Origin: Elusimicrobiota bacterium | GTDB lineage: Bacteria > Elusimicrobiota > Elusimicrobia > Elusimicrobiales > UBA9959 | DNA: 50,344 bases | Direction of reading: 5' to 3' | NCBI GenBank assembly: GCA_027340875.1 | Contig: DAIENX010000072.1 | Location: 1-50,344 of the forward strand | In this document: in pieces, positions 1 to 9,307 of the stretch | Position numbering within the stretch: the stretch's first letter is position 1 | Layout of the letters: every line of letters begins with the position of its first letter | Translations under genes and position numbers: made by a program | Notes under the pieces: model-generated | The model's input: the letters and a program-made list of their open reading frames with translations, nothing else | The model's database searches: none | What the model was told of the DNA's origin: nothing

Positions 1-2
1 GG

Positions 3-215
3 GCGCCGCTGGAAGGCGTGGCCGTGGCCGAGGCGTACGACGGAAAAAAGGACGCCTGCTTCGGCAGGGCGGCCGCCTGGACCCCCGTGCGGCTCGGGCC
101 GGGAGAGCTGGCCGTGTTCTGGCCGGAAGACGCCCACGCGCCGCGGCTGGCCGCCGGCGCGCCGGGGCCCGTGGTGAAAGTGGTGGTGAAAATTTCGCTG
201 GAGGCGGGTCTATGA
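3..215 (+). CDS. YhcH/YjgK/YiaL-family protein, 5'-truncated by the window edge
   Basis: Frame is open from the window start; C-terminal pattern YDGKKD..F..LGPGELAVFWPEDAHAP..VVKVVVKI is typical of the family. Confidence 0.8.
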   Translation, partial: APLEGVAVAEAYDGKKDACFGRAAAWTPVRLGPGELAVFWPEDAHAPRLAAGAPGPVVKVVVKISLEAGL

Positions 216-595
216 CGCTTAAAGAACTTATCAGGTCCGCGATCTGCGGCGAGATGGAGGACATCTCCGCCTGCGAGACCGACGGCGAGGCCTTCCCGGC
301 GGCGGCCGCCTTCTACGGCAAGCTGGCGGACGAGAAACGGGAGAGGCTGCCGGAGCTGGGGCGCATCTTCAAGGAGGGCACCGGCTTCCGGCAGCGCCGC
401 ATAGAGCCTTCCAGGTCGCTGGAGGCCTCGCTGCGGGCGCGCGCGGCCAGGGCGTCCGAGGCGGCCTCTGTCTACGCCGCGCTGGTCAGGCAGATGAACA
501 AGCCGGAATATAAGGAAGCGCTGAAGGCTTTCGGCGACAGGGAGCTGATAATACTGGGCGAGGTGCGGGCTTTCAAGGCGGGGCTCGGGAAATAG
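212..595 (+). CDS. Ferritin-like/rubrerythrin-like helical protein with degenerate metal ligands
   Basis: ATGA overlap with upstream gene; two helix-pair repeats (LIRSAICGE..FYGKLADE; EAASVYAAL..KEALKAFGDRE) but no ExxH motifs. Confidence 0.5.
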   Translation: MTLKELIRSAICGEMEDISACETDGEAFPAAAAFYGKLADEKRERLPELGRIFKEGTGFRQRRIEPSRSLEASLRARAARASEAASVYAALVRQMNKPEYKEALKAFGDRELIILGEVRAFKAGLGK

Positions 596-621
596 GTCTC
601 GCGAAAGCGTCCCATGGCCGG

Positions 622-2337
622 TCAGCGCGACCGGCCTTTTTTTATTTCCTCGGCCCTCGCCAGGTTGTCCGCCGCGCTACGCATGCCGGGGGCTATGCCG
701 AGCGCTTTCCTGAAGAGCCTTTCAGCTCCGTCGATATCTCCCCGGCGGGCCAGCAGTATGCCGTAATCGTTAAGGGCCTCGGTGTCGGCAGGGTCGGCCG
801 CGAGCACGCGGCGGTACAGGCCTTCGGCCTCCGCCGCGCGTCCGACCGCGGCCTCGGACCGGGCCAGCACCAGCAGCGCCGGCGCGTAGTCCGGGTGCAG
901 CCTGAGAAGGTCCATCAGCGCGGCGGCGGCTTCCTTGTCCATGCCGGAACCCCGGAGAACGGTGTAGCGGTTGAAGAGGGTTTCCGTGTCTCCGGGCTTC
1001 AGCGCCAGCGCGGCGTCCAGCGCCTTTAGCGCTCCGGGCGCGTCGCCGTCCTTCCAGCGCGCCAGCGCCAGCCCGTCGAGGTAGGACGGCTCATCCGGCG
1101 CTTCCGCGGCTATGCGCTCCAGCAGCAGCCTGCTTTTCCGGAAGCGCCCGCGCAGATAATACTCCCGCGCCAGGTTGTAGAGCATCGGCTTGGACGCCGA
1201 GCTCAGCGCCGCGTGCTCGTAGATCTTCAGGTCGGTGTCGCGCTTCGGGATGTTGAGCGCCGAGGCCAGAACGAATACCGCCGCCGCGGCGGCCAGCGCG
1301 CGCCTGCCCGCCGTTTTGCCCGCCAGCTTGTCCGAAACCCAGAGGAACAGCCCGGCGTTGGAAAGGTAGGCCCAGTGGTCGAGCATCAGGTCGTTGGCCG
1401 CCAGCAGCGGGAACTTCGGGGCCAGGTTCAGCAGGTACCAGCCGGCGCAGAAGGCGGCGCCGCGGCCGCCCTTCCTCCAGATAAGCGCCGCCGCGGCCGC
1501 CAGCGCCGGCAGCGCCGTCCAATTAAGGACGGCCAGCTGCGGCTGCATCCGGTGCGAGTGCATGTCGAAGGGCAGCGCGGCCTCCTTCAGATAGACCAGC
1601 ACGGCCTGCGGCACCTTAAGGAACAGTCCGGCCGCTACCGGCCCCGCGCCGCGCGAGAACAGCCCCATGCCCAGCGCTCCGTGGCGCAGCAGCAGGTAGA
1701 CCGGGACGAAGGCCAGGAAAGGGAGCAGCTTGCGGTACTCGGAGCGGGGGCGGCGCAGGTACCAAAGGCAGAGGGCTGCCAGCGTCGGGGTTATCACGCC
1801 GTTCTCCTTGAAGCCGCAGGCGGCCAGGAACAGCAGGAAGGACCAGGCGGCGCGGCCGCGCAGGAACAGCAGCAGCGACGCGGCGACGCACGCGCCGGAG
1901 GCCAGCTCCGCGCGCCCGGCTATCACCAGCATCTGCTCTACGGCCGCCGGGTGCGCCGCCAGCAGTACCGCCGCCCAGAAGGAGGCGTCCCTGCCGAAAC
2001 CCAGCTCCAGCGCCAGGAGGAAGAACAGCAGCGCCGCCGCTGCGTGGAAGGCGAAATTGGTGAGATGATACCCGAACGGCCTCAGGCCCCACAGGGAGAA
2101 GTCGGCCATGTTGCTGACCGTCTGCAGCGGCCTGTAGTAGTTGAGCCCCTGGTCGAACGGGTCTCCCCTGAAAGCGCGGACCAGGTTGGCGGCGCTCATC
2201 GAGATATGCGGGTTGCTCTCTATCATGCGGTGGTCGTCCCACAGGAAGCCCACCCGCAGCGTCAGGCCGAAGGCCAGCAGCGCCGCGAGCAGTATGCCCG
2301 CCGCCGCCGGCAGCCTTTTGTCGGAGTCCTTCAGCAC
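622..2337 (-). CDS. TMTC-like GT-C membrane glycosyltransferase with C-terminal TPRs
   Basis: FLWDD loop motif, YYRPL, GYHLTN, KE motif, many TM segments, TPR repeats (EALNDYGILLAR); GTG start 6 nt after TATAAT. Confidence 0.8.
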   Translation of the reverse strand: MLKDSDKRLPAAAGILLAALLAFGLTLRVGFLWDDHRMIESNPHISMSAANLVRAFRGDPFDQGLNYYRPLQTVSNMADFSLWGLRPFGYHLTNFAFHAAAALLFFLLALELGFGRDASFWAAVLLAAHPAAVEQMLVIAGRAELASGACVAASLLLFLRGRAAWSFLLFLAACGFKENGVITPTLAALCLWYLRRPRSEYRKLLPFLAFVPVYLLLRHGALGMGLFSRGAGPVAAGLFLKVPQAVLVYLKEAALPFDMHSHRMQPQLAVLNWTALPALAAAAALIWRKGGRGAAFCAGWYLLNLAPKFPLLAANDLMLDHWAYLSNAGLFLWVSDKLAGKTAGRRALAAAAAVFVLASALNIPKRDTDLKIYEHAALSSASKPMLYNLAREYYLRGRFRKSRLLLERIAAEAPDEPSYLDGLALARWKDGDAPGALKALDAALALKPGDTETLFNRYTVLRGSGMDKEAAAALMDLLRLHPDYAPALLVLARSEAAVGRAAEAEGLYRRVLAADPADTEALNDYGILLARRGDIDGAERLFRKALGIAPGMRSAADNLARAEEIKKGRSR

Positions 2338-2396
2338 GAGGAGATTATAGCAAGTACTCCGGGCGGGACCGCCCCGGAAAAAGATAGAATATGTGC

Positions 2397-3188
2397 ATGA
2401 GCAGGATAGCCGACGGCTCCGAGGTGTACTGGGACGGCGGGCAGTACGACGCCTTCAACACGCCGTACGAGGACGACCTCCCCTTCTACCTGGCCGAGGC
2501 CCGCAAGGCGCGCGGCCCGGTGCTGGAGCTCGCCTGCGGCACGGGCAGGCTCTCCCTGCCGCTGAAAAAAGCGGGCGTGGACATGACCGGCCTGGACTTC
2601 TCCGGGCCTATGCTGGCCCGCGCGAAGGCCAAGGCGAAAGAGGCCGGGCTGGACCTGCCGCTTGTCAGGGGCGACGCGAGGAAATTCGCTTTCGGCCGCA
2701 GGTTCAAGCTGGTCTTCATGGCCTTCAACTCCATGCAGCACCTGGGGCGCAGGGAGGACCTGGCGGGTCTCTTTTCCTCGGTGCGGAAGGCGCTGGCCCC
2801 GGGCGGCCGCTTCATTTTCGACGTCTTCAGCCCCGATCCCCGCTACCTTTCCAGGGACCCGGAGGAGCTGCTGCCGGTGGCCTATTATGACGACCCGGCC
2901 GGTACCGGCAAGATGCTGGTGAACGAGCAGTACAGCTACGACAAGGCCGCCCAGGTCTCCAGGATAGTCTGGCATTACCGGCGCGAAAAAGACGGTCATA
3001 CGGTTAAAAAATCCTTGAATCTCCGCTGTTTCTTCCCGGAGGAGCTGCTGGCGCTGGTGCATTACAACGGCTTCAGGGTGCTGGGCCGCTACGGCGACTT
3101 CTCCCGCGCCCCGTTCACCGCCGCCTCGGGGAAGCAGATAGTCATCTGCGCCCCGCGCGCCGCCGGCCGGCGTTCCCCGGGCCGGTAG
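2397..3188 (+). CDS. Class I SAM-dependent methyltransferase
   Basis: VLELACGTGR motif I, GLDFSGPML, GDAR; ATG 2397 lies 6 nt after TAGAAT (alternative start 2391). Confidence 0.9.
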   Translation: MSRIADGSEVYWDGGQYDAFNTPYEDDLPFYLAEARKARGPVLELACGTGRLSLPLKKAGVDMTGLDFSGPMLARAKAKAKEAGLDLPLVRGDARKFAFGRRFKLVFMAFNSMQHLGRREDLAGLFSSVRKALAPGGRFIFDVFSPDPRYLSRDPEELLPVAYYDDPAGTGKMLVNEQYSYDKAAQVSRIVWHYRREKDGHTVKKSLNLRCFFPEELLALVHYNGFRVLGRYGDFSRAPFTAASGKQIVICAPRAAGRRSPGR

Positions 3189-3208
3189 ACGCTCCCCGGG
3201 GGGTCTCC

Positions 3209-3237
3209 TTGTAAACCATCCCCGCATTTGCTATCAT
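3209..3237 (+). promoter_or_regulatory. sigma70-type promoter of the rpsF operon
   Basis: TTGTAA (3209-3214), 17-bp spacer, TG-c-TATCAT (3232-3237); ATG follows 9 nt later with no Shine-Dalgarno. Confidence 0.65.
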
Positions 3238-3246
3238 TAACCTACT

Positions 3247-3552
3247 ATGAATACCTATGAGTTAATGCTGATAATCAACCCCCAGCTTACGGACGCCGAA
3301 GTAGGGGAAGCGATCGAGAAGGCCAAGAAGACCCTGACCGACGAGAAGGGCGAGGTCCTCTCCGAGGACCGCATCGGCCGCAAGAAATTCGCGCATGCTG
3401 TCGGCAAGAACCGCGACGGCTATTACGTCTACATGAAGGTGAAGGCCTCTCCGGAGAGCGTGAAGGCCATCAACCACGGCCTGAAGCTGCAGGAGACCGT
3501 GCTGCGCGCCATGATGATGAAGGCGTCCGCGGAGCCCGTGAAGAAGGCCTGA
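3247..3552 (+). CDS. rpsF: 30S ribosomal protein S6
   Basis: MNTYELMLIINP..GRKKFAH..DGYY; rpsF-ssb-rpsR-rplI synteny. Confidence 0.95.
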   Translation: MNTYELMLIINPQLTDAEVGEAIEKAKKTLTDEKGEVLSEDRIGRKKFAHAVGKNRDGYYVYMKVKASPESVKAINHGLKLQETVLRAMMMKASAEPVKKA

Positions 3553-3564
3553 GCTCAGCCCGAC

Positions 3565-4014
3565 ATGGACATACGCGTACCGGAACTTAACCAGGTCATG
3601 ATAGCGGGGCGCCTCACGCGCGACCCCGAGCTGCGCTTCACCCAGAAGCAGCAGGGCGTCGTGTCCCTGTCGGTGGCGGTGAACCGCCGCTACCAGGACC
3701 AGGCCTCCGGCGAATGGAAGGACGACACTACTTTCGTGCCGGTCACCGTCTGGGGCCCGGCCGCGGAGCGCTGCAAGGAGAAGATGCGCAAGGGCAGCCC
3801 GGTGCTGGTGGAGGGCCGCCTGACGGCGTCCGAGTACACCGACAAGGCCGGCCAGAAGCGCAAGGAGCTGAAGATCACGGCCCGCCGCGTGCAGCTGATG
3901 ACCTTCGGGGCCGCCGAGGCGGGAGAGGGCGGCTCTAAAGAGGCGGCGGAAGAGATACAGGCGGACGCGGAGCCCAAGGGCGACTCGTCCGGCATAGAGG
4001 AAGTCCCGTTCTAA
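3565..4014 (+). CDS. ssb: Single-stranded DNA-binding protein
   Basis: LNQVMIAGRLTRDPELRFT; acidic tail EEVPF. Confidence 0.97.
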   Translation: MDIRVPELNQVMIAGRLTRDPELRFTQKQQGVVSLSVAVNRRYQDQASGEWKDDTTFVPVTVWGPAAERCKEKMRKGSPVLVEGRLTASEYTDKAGQKRKELKITARRVQLMTFGAAEAGEGGSKEAAEEIQADAEPKGDSSGIEEVPF

Positions 4015-4109
4015 CCCTTTAAAGCCCGGAACGGCCAGCCCGGCAGGCGCCGGGCGCAAGAAGGCTTTGCCGGATACGATCCAACAGGAATAGATACTAG
4101 GAGCGAATT

Positions 4110-4415
4110 ATGGAGAACAAAGAAACCACCCCGAAGCCGGCCGAGGCCGCGCCCGCCGCCGCCCCGAGGCCCTATGCCGGCCCGCGCCGCCCCGGCGGCC
4201 GCAGGTTCGCGCCGCGCCGCAAGGTGTGCAGGCTGTGCGCCGAGAAGATCGAGCTGGTGGACTACAAGCAGACCCAGATAGTCAAGAGCTTCTGCACCGA
4301 CACCGGCAAGATACTTTCCCGCCGCATCACCGGCGCGTGCGCCAGGCACCAGCGCCAGATCATGAGGGCGGTCAAGATCAACCGCAACCTGTCCATCATG
4401 CCCTACAACGGCTAA
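4110..4415 (+). CDS. rpsR: 30S ribosomal protein S18 (zinc-binding form)
   Basis: RRKVCRLC..VDYK..GKILSRRITGACARHQR; SD AGGAG. Confidence 0.97.
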   Translation: MENKETTPKPAEAAPAAAPRPYAGPRRPGGRRFAPRRKVCRLCAEKIELVDYKQTQIVKSFCTDTGKILSRRITGACARHQRQIMRAVKINRNLSIMPYNG

Positions 4416-4427
4416 CGGAGCTAAATC

Positions 4428-4877
4428 ATGAAAGTGATACTCAAGAAAGACGTGTACAAGGTCGGCCGGTCCGGCGAGATCAAGAACGTTAAGGACGGCT
4501 ACGCCCGCAACTTCCTGATGCCCCGCGGCCTCGCGGAGACCGCCACTCCCGGCGCGCTGCGCGCCTGGAAGAACTCCGCCGAGAAGCGCGCCAAGCGCGT
4601 CGCGGCCGAGGACGCCGCGCTGAACGAGCTGGCCAAGCGCCTCGGCTCGATAACGCTCTCCTTCTCGCGCCCCGTTTCCGAAGAGGGCGTGATGTTCGGT
4701 TCCGTGGCCAAGAGCGACATCATCAAGAACCTGGCCGCCGCCGACATCGAGATACACAAGGACATGATACGCCTGCCGGCCTCGATAAAGGCCGTCGGGA
4801 CCTTCGAGGTGGAGATAGCCCTTAAGCCGCATATCGCCGCCAAGATCAAGGTAGCGGTCTCAGCCCAGAGCAAGTAA
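4428..4877 (+). CDS. rplI: 50S ribosomal protein L9
   Basis: [30 protein letters not shown]. Confidence 0.97.
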   Translation: MKVILKKDVYKVGRSGEIKNVKDGYARNFLMPRGLAETATPGALRAWKNSAEKRAKRVAAEDAALNELAKRLGSITLSFSRPVSEEGVMFGSVAKSDIIKNLAAADIEIHKDMIRLPASIKAVGTFEVEIALKPHIAAKIKVAVSAQSK

Positions 4878-4885
4878 GCAACGCA

Positions 4886-4935
4886 ACCCGCCGGGCCCCC
4901 GCACTCAGTCTGCGTTGGCTCGGCGGGTCGTTTTT
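4886..4935 (+). terminator. Putative intrinsic terminator/attenuator between rplI and dnaB
   Basis: ACCCGCCGGGCC (4886-4897) pairs with GGCTCGGCGGGT (4917-4928), followed by CGTTTTT. Confidence 0.55.
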
Positions 4936-4983
4936 CCGGCGGCGTCCCCCCGGGGGCGCCAGATCCAGACGGGGTCCACCATC

Positions 4984-6369
4984 ATGAGCTATAACAAGGT
5001 TCCTCCGCATTCCACCGAGGCGGAAATGGCCGTGCTCGGCGCTCTGCTCATAGATAAGGACGTGCTCGAGAGCGTAGTCGAGATCCTCCAGCCCAAGCAT
5101 TTTTACAGCGACGTGCACCGCCGCATCTACGAGTCCATACTGGAGCTGCACCAACGCCATATGCCGGTGGACGTGGTCACGCTGACCGAGGAGCTCAAGA
5201 AGACCCATCGTCTGGAGGAGCTGGGCGGGCAGAAGTACCTGGCCGACCTTATGGAGAAGGTCTCCACGTCGGCCCACACGCAGGCCTACGCCAACATCGT
5301 CAGGGAGAAGGCCCTGATGCGCGAGCTGATCCGCGTCTCCACCACGATAGTGGAGAAGACCCAGGAGGGCTCCGAGCCGGTGGACAAGATCATCGACTAC
5401 GCGGAGCAGCAGGTGCTGCAGGTGGCCCAGACCAACACCGACCACGGCTTCGCCTCGGCGGACTCGCTGGCCGCGCAGACGCTGGAGCGCATGGAAAAGC
5501 TGTTCTCGCAGCGCTCGCCTCTGACCGGCGTGCCGAGCGGCTTCCTGAAGCTCGACGGCATGACCGGCGGCTTCCAGAAGTCGGACCTGATAATACTCGC
5601 GGCCAGGCCCTCGATGGGCAAGACCGCGCTGGCGCTCAACGTCGCCTACCACGCCTGCGTCGAGAAGAAGGTGCCGACCGCCATCTTCTCGATGGAGATG
5701 GACAAGCACTCCATCATGCAGCGCATGATCTGCAGCGCCGCCCGCGCCAACATCGGCGCGGTGCGCAAAGGCCTGCTGTCCAGGTCGGTCTGGCCTCAGT
5801 TGACCCGCGTCACGCAGACCGTCTCCGAGTCCCCGCTCTTTATCGACGACACGCCCGGCCTCAACATCCTCGACATCCGCAACCGCACGCGCAAGCTGAT
5901 GACCCAGCTGAGGAACGAGGGCAAGGAGCTGGGGCTCGTCATCATCGACTACCTGCAGCTTATCCGCGGCGCCGGCAAGACCGAAAGCCGGCAGCAGGAG
6001 GTCTCCGAGATCTCCCGCCTGCTGAAGGACCTGGCGCGCAGCCTGAAGCTCCCGGTCATAGCGCTGGCGCAGCTGAACCGCCGCACCGAGGACAAGGGCC
6101 GCACCGACAACAAGCCGATGCTCTCCGATCTGCGCGATTCCGGCTCCATAGAGCAGGACGCCGACCTGGTGGCCATGATACACCGCGACGAGTATTACAA
6201 GCGCGAGGACCCCACGGTGAAGAACCAGGCCACGCTGATACTAGCCAAGCACCGCAACGGCGAGGTCGGCATAGTCGACCTGGCCTTATTCAGCGAGTAC
6301 ACCAAGTTCGAGAACCCGGCCGTTAAGGCTATAGAGGAAGAGCCGCTGCCGGAGTCCACGGTCTTCTGA
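4984..6369 (+). CDS. dnaB: Replicative DNA helicase
   Basis: VPPHSTEAEMAVLG, ARPSMGKT Walker A, IDYLQL, DLRDSGSIEQDAD; ATG 4984 fits the family N-terminus better than TTG 4915; no intein. Confidence 0.97.
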   Translation: MSYNKVPPHSTEAEMAVLGALLIDKDVLESVVEILQPKHFYSDVHRRIYESILELHQRHMPVDVVTLTEELKKTHRLEELGGQKYLADLMEKVSTSAHTQAYANIVREKALMRELIRVSTTIVEKTQEGSEPVDKIIDYAEQQVLQVAQTNTDHGFASADSLAAQTLERMEKLFSQRSPLTGVPSGFLKLDGMTGGFQKSDLIILAARPSMGKTALALNVAYHACVEKKVPTAIFSMEMDKHSIMQRMICSAARANIGAVRKGLLSRSVWPQLTRVTQTVSESPLFIDDTPGLNILDIRNRTRKLMTQLRNEGKELGLVIIDYLQLIRGAGKTESRQQEVSEISRLLKDLARSLKLPVIALAQLNRRTEDKGRTDNKPMLSDLRDSGSIEQDADLVAMIHRDEYYKREDPTVKNQATLILAKHRNGEVGIVDLALFSEYTKFENPAVKAIEEEPLPESTVF

Positions 6370-6377
6370 GCCCGGCC

Positions 6378-7478
6378 ATGCCCCCCATGCTGCGACCGAC
6401 CCGCGCGGAGATCAGTCTCGGGGCCGTCCGCGGCAATCTGGAAAAACTCGGCCGGACGGCCGCTCCCGCCAGGCTGCTCTTTGTCGTCAAAGCGAACGCC
6501 TACGGCCACGGCGCGGTCGCGCTCGCCCGCCTGGCGGAGAGGGAGAAGCTGGCCTGGGGCTTCGGCGTTTCCTGTGTGGAGGAGGGGCTCGCGCTGCGCG
6601 AAGCCGGCGTAAGGAGCCCGGTGCTGGTCCTGGGCAGTCTGTACCCTTTCGAGAGCTTCGTGGAAGCCATCAATGCCGGCATGATGGTGACGATCGCCAG
6701 CCTCGACGCGGCGCGCCAGGTCATAGAGGCCTCCCGCCGCCTCGGCCGGAAGGCGGGGTGCCACATAAAGCTCGAGACCGGCATGGGGCGCATCGGGGCC
6801 CGCAGGCCCTCCGTGTTGAAGATCTACGAAGAACTCTCGTCCTCCGGGGCCGTTGAGGTGTCGGGACTTTACACCCATCTCTCCAGCGCCGATACCGACC
6901 CTGACTACACCGGCCAGCAGCTTTCCATCTTCAGCGAGACCGTCTCCGACCTGGAGCGGCGCGGGGCGAAGGACCTTATGCTCCACGCGGCCAACTCCGC
7001 GGCCACGCTGCGCTACCCGGTCAGCCGCATGGACATGGTGCGCTGCGGCATCGCCGCCTACGGGCTGGCGGAGGGCTTCGAGCCGGTCATGCAGCTCAAG
7101 ACCAGCGTGGTCTTCATAAAGAACGTGCGCGAGGGGGCCTTCATCAGCTACAATAAGTCGTTCAGGGCCGACCGCGCGATGAAGATAGCCACTATACCGG
7201 CCGGCTACGGGGACGGCTATATCAGGCGCTTCTCCAACAGGGCCGACGTGCTGATAGGCGGAAAGCGCTGCAGGGTGCTGGGGAACGTCACTATGGACAT
7301 GACGATGGTCGACGTGACCGGCGTGAAGGACGCCGCGGTCGGCTCCGAGGCGGTGCTGCTGGGCCGGCAGGGCGGAGAGGAGATAACCGCGGCCGAGCTG
7401 GCCGATATCGCGGGCACCATCACCTACGAGATAGTGACGCTGGTGACGGGCCGGGTGCCGCGGGTGTGCGTGGAATGA
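6378..7478 (+). CDS. alr: Alanine racemase
   Basis: VVKANAYGHG PLP-lysine motif, HAANS, GYGDG, VTMDM; start may be 6387. Confidence 0.96.
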   Translation: MPPMLRPTRAEISLGAVRGNLEKLGRTAAPARLLFVVKANAYGHGAVALARLAEREKLAWGFGVSCVEEGLALREAGVRSPVLVLGSLYPFESFVEAINAGMMVTIASLDAARQVIEASRRLGRKAGCHIKLETGMGRIGARRPSVLKIYEELSSSGAVEVSGLYTHLSSADTDPDYTGQQLSIFSETVSDLERRGAKDLMLHAANSAATLRYPVSRMDMVRCGIAAYGLAEGFEPVMQLKTSVVFIKNVREGAFISYNKSFRADRAMKIATIPAGYGDGYIRRFSNRADVLIGGKRCRVLGNVTMDMTMVDVTGVKDAAVGSEAVLLGRQGGEEITAAELADIAGTITYEIVTLVTGRVPRVCVE

Positions 7479-8263
7479 AACACTACGTTACCGAGAAGAT
7501 AGGACGCGAGGCGATCGCGCTCGCCGAGGCGCTGGGGGCCGGCGCGCTGATGTTCAAGTCCGTGGTCTTCTGGCTGTTCCGCTCCAGGCTCGAGGTCTCG
7601 GAGACCGTGAAGCAGTCGGTCAAGATAGGAGTGAACTCGCTGACCGTGGTGGCCCTGACCAGCTTCTTCACCGGCATGGTGCTGTCCCTGCAGACGGGGC
7701 ATTCCTCGCAGAACCTCTTCAACGAGCCGCTTTACATCGGCACGATGGTGGCCTTCTCGATGCTGAAGGAACTGGGCCCGGTCCTTACCTCCATCGTCGT
7801 GGCGGGCCGAGCCGGGGCGGTGGTCACCGCCGAGATAGGGACGATGCGGGTCACCGAGCAGATAGACGCGCTCTATACGCTCGGCACCAACCCCACCCGC
7901 TACCTGCTGGTTCCGCGCTACATCGCCTTCATGATCATGCTGCCGCTGCTGACGGTGTTCGCTGATTTTCTCGGCATCATAGGCGGCGCTCTCGTCGGGG
8001 TGGTCAGGCTGGACATCCCGACCAGCGTGTTCATGAACGACATCTACACCTACGTGGACGTCAAGGACTTCATGCACGGCTTCCTGAAGACCTTCTTCTT
8101 CGCGTTCATGATCTCCACGGTCTCCTGCTACAAGGGGCTCAGCACCACCGGCGGGGCCGAGGGCGTGGGTAAGTCCACCACGGAGGCCGTGGTGACCAGC
8201 ATGGTGCTGGTGATGGTGCTGGACTATTTCATCAGCGCGCTGCTCGTGGCGGTAGGAGTATGA
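7475..8263 (+). CDS. mlaE: MlaE-family ABC permease
   Basis: KELGPVLTSIVVAGRAGA..AEIGTMRVTEQIDAL; GAEGVGKSTT; ATGA overlap with alr. Confidence 0.95.
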   Translation: MKHYVTEKIGREAIALAEALGAGALMFKSVVFWLFRSRLEVSETVKQSVKIGVNSLTVVALTSFFTGMVLSLQTGHSSQNLFNEPLYIGTMVAFSMLKELGPVLTSIVVAGRAGAVVTAEIGTMRVTEQIDALYTLGTNPTRYLLVPRYIAFMIMLPLLTVFADFLGIIGGALVGVVRLDIPTSVFMNDIYTYVDVKDFMHGFLKTFFFAFMISTVSCYKGLSTTGGAEGVGKSTTEAVVTSMVLVMVLDYFISALLVAVGV

Positions 8264-8269
8264 TTACAG

Positions 8270-8431
8270 TGCCGGGACGGCTTGGGCCAGGAGGGCCGTC
8301 GCGGACCGAAGCCGCTTGCGCAGCGCGGCGAGGGAGTGACGAGGGGCGAGCACGGTGTGCGAGACCCCGTGCCCGACGGGCCCAAGCCGCCCCGGCAACG
8401 CGCGCCGCGGGACACATCTCCCGTACGGCGC
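8270..8431. repeat. Structured intergenic insert: long inverted repeat with internal hairpins (MITE/REP-like)
   Basis: TGCCGGGACGGCTTGGGCC (8270-8288) pairs with GGCCCAAGCCGCCCCGGCA (8379-8397) at 18/19 positions; second hairpin 8402-8431; GTATGAT at 8258-8264 and 8452-8458. Confidence 0.65.
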
Positions 8432-8453
8432 ACCAGGGCTTGAATTTGAAGGT

Positions 8454-9203
8454 ATGATCGAAATAAGGAATTTGAACAAGGCTTTCGGGGAGCACAAGGT
8501 GCTCAAGGACATCTCCGTCGATATCAAGGAGGGGGACCTGTTCAGCGTGATAGGCCCCTCCGGCATCGGCAAGAGCACCTTCATCAAGTGCGTCATCCGC
8601 CTGCTGCGCCCCGACAGCGGCCGCATAATCGTGGACGGCCAGGACATCGGCTCCACCGGCAGCGAGTTCACGTTGGCCAAGGTGCGCCGCAGTTTCGCCT
8701 ACCTGTTCCAGGAGGGGGCGCTGTTCGACTCGCTCACCGTCTTCGAGAACGTCTCGTTCGGGCTCAAGTACCTGACCGACAAACCGAGGAGCGAGTACCG
8801 CCGCATCGTGAAGGAGAAGCTCGCGCTGGTGGGCCTCAAGGACGTGGAGGACCTGAAGCCGGCGGAGCTGTCGGTCGGCATGAAGAAGCGCGTGTCTCTG
8901 GCTCGCTCCATAGCGGCCGAACCCAAGTACATCCTCTACGACGAACCCACCACCGGCCTTGACCCCGTCACCACCGGCATGGTAAAGGACCTGATCACCG
9001 ATATGCGCGCCAAGCTGGGCATCACCTCCGTGGTCGTCACGCACGACATGAAGCTCGCGCTCGAGATCTCCAGCCGGGTCGCTATGCTCTACGGCGGCGA
9101 ATTCGCCGAGGTGGCCGAACCGGCCGCGTTCTGCAAGTCCCCTCATAAAGGCGTGCAGGAGTTCATGAGGATATCCGGCCTTTCTTCGGAGTGTAAGTCC
9201 TGA
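8454..9203 (+). CDS. mlaF: MlaF/Ttg2A-family ABC ATPase
   Basis: MIEIRNLNKAFG start, GPSGIGKST, FQEGALFDSL, LSVGMKKR, LYDEPTTGLDP, VTHD. Confidence 0.95.
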   Translation: MIEIRNLNKAFGEHKVLKDISVDIKEGDLFSVIGPSGIGKSTFIKCVIRLLRPDSGRIIVDGQDIGSTGSEFTLAKVRRSFAYLFQEGALFDSLTVFENVSFGLKYLTDKPRSEYRRIVKEKLALVGLKDVEDLKPAELSVGMKKRVSLARSIAAEPKYILYDEPTTGLDPVTTGMVKDLITDMRAKLGITSVVVTHDMKLALEISSRVAMLYGGEFAEVAEPAAFCKSPHKGVQEFMRISGLSSECKS

Positions 9204-9224
9204 AGCGGTCCGGCCAGGCGGTCG

Positions 9225-9252
9225 AACGCGGCCAACCCGGCCGCGTTTTTTT
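9225..9252 (+). terminator. Intrinsic terminator after mlaF
   Basis: AACGCGGCC-aaccc-GGCCGCGTT followed by a T run. Confidence 0.75.
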
Positions 9253-9307
9253 ATATAATGGATATCGTATATAGATATCATTCGGCCGCGGTCGCGGAAG
9301 GGGTTCC

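Noticed and set aside
4984..6369. Intein in DnaB
   Set aside because: Normal length (461 aa) with contiguous helicase motifs.
8865..8890. Inactive MlaF because the signature reads LSVGM
   Set aside because: A single variant residue; Walker A/B, Q-loop and H-loop are intact, so loss of function is not supported.
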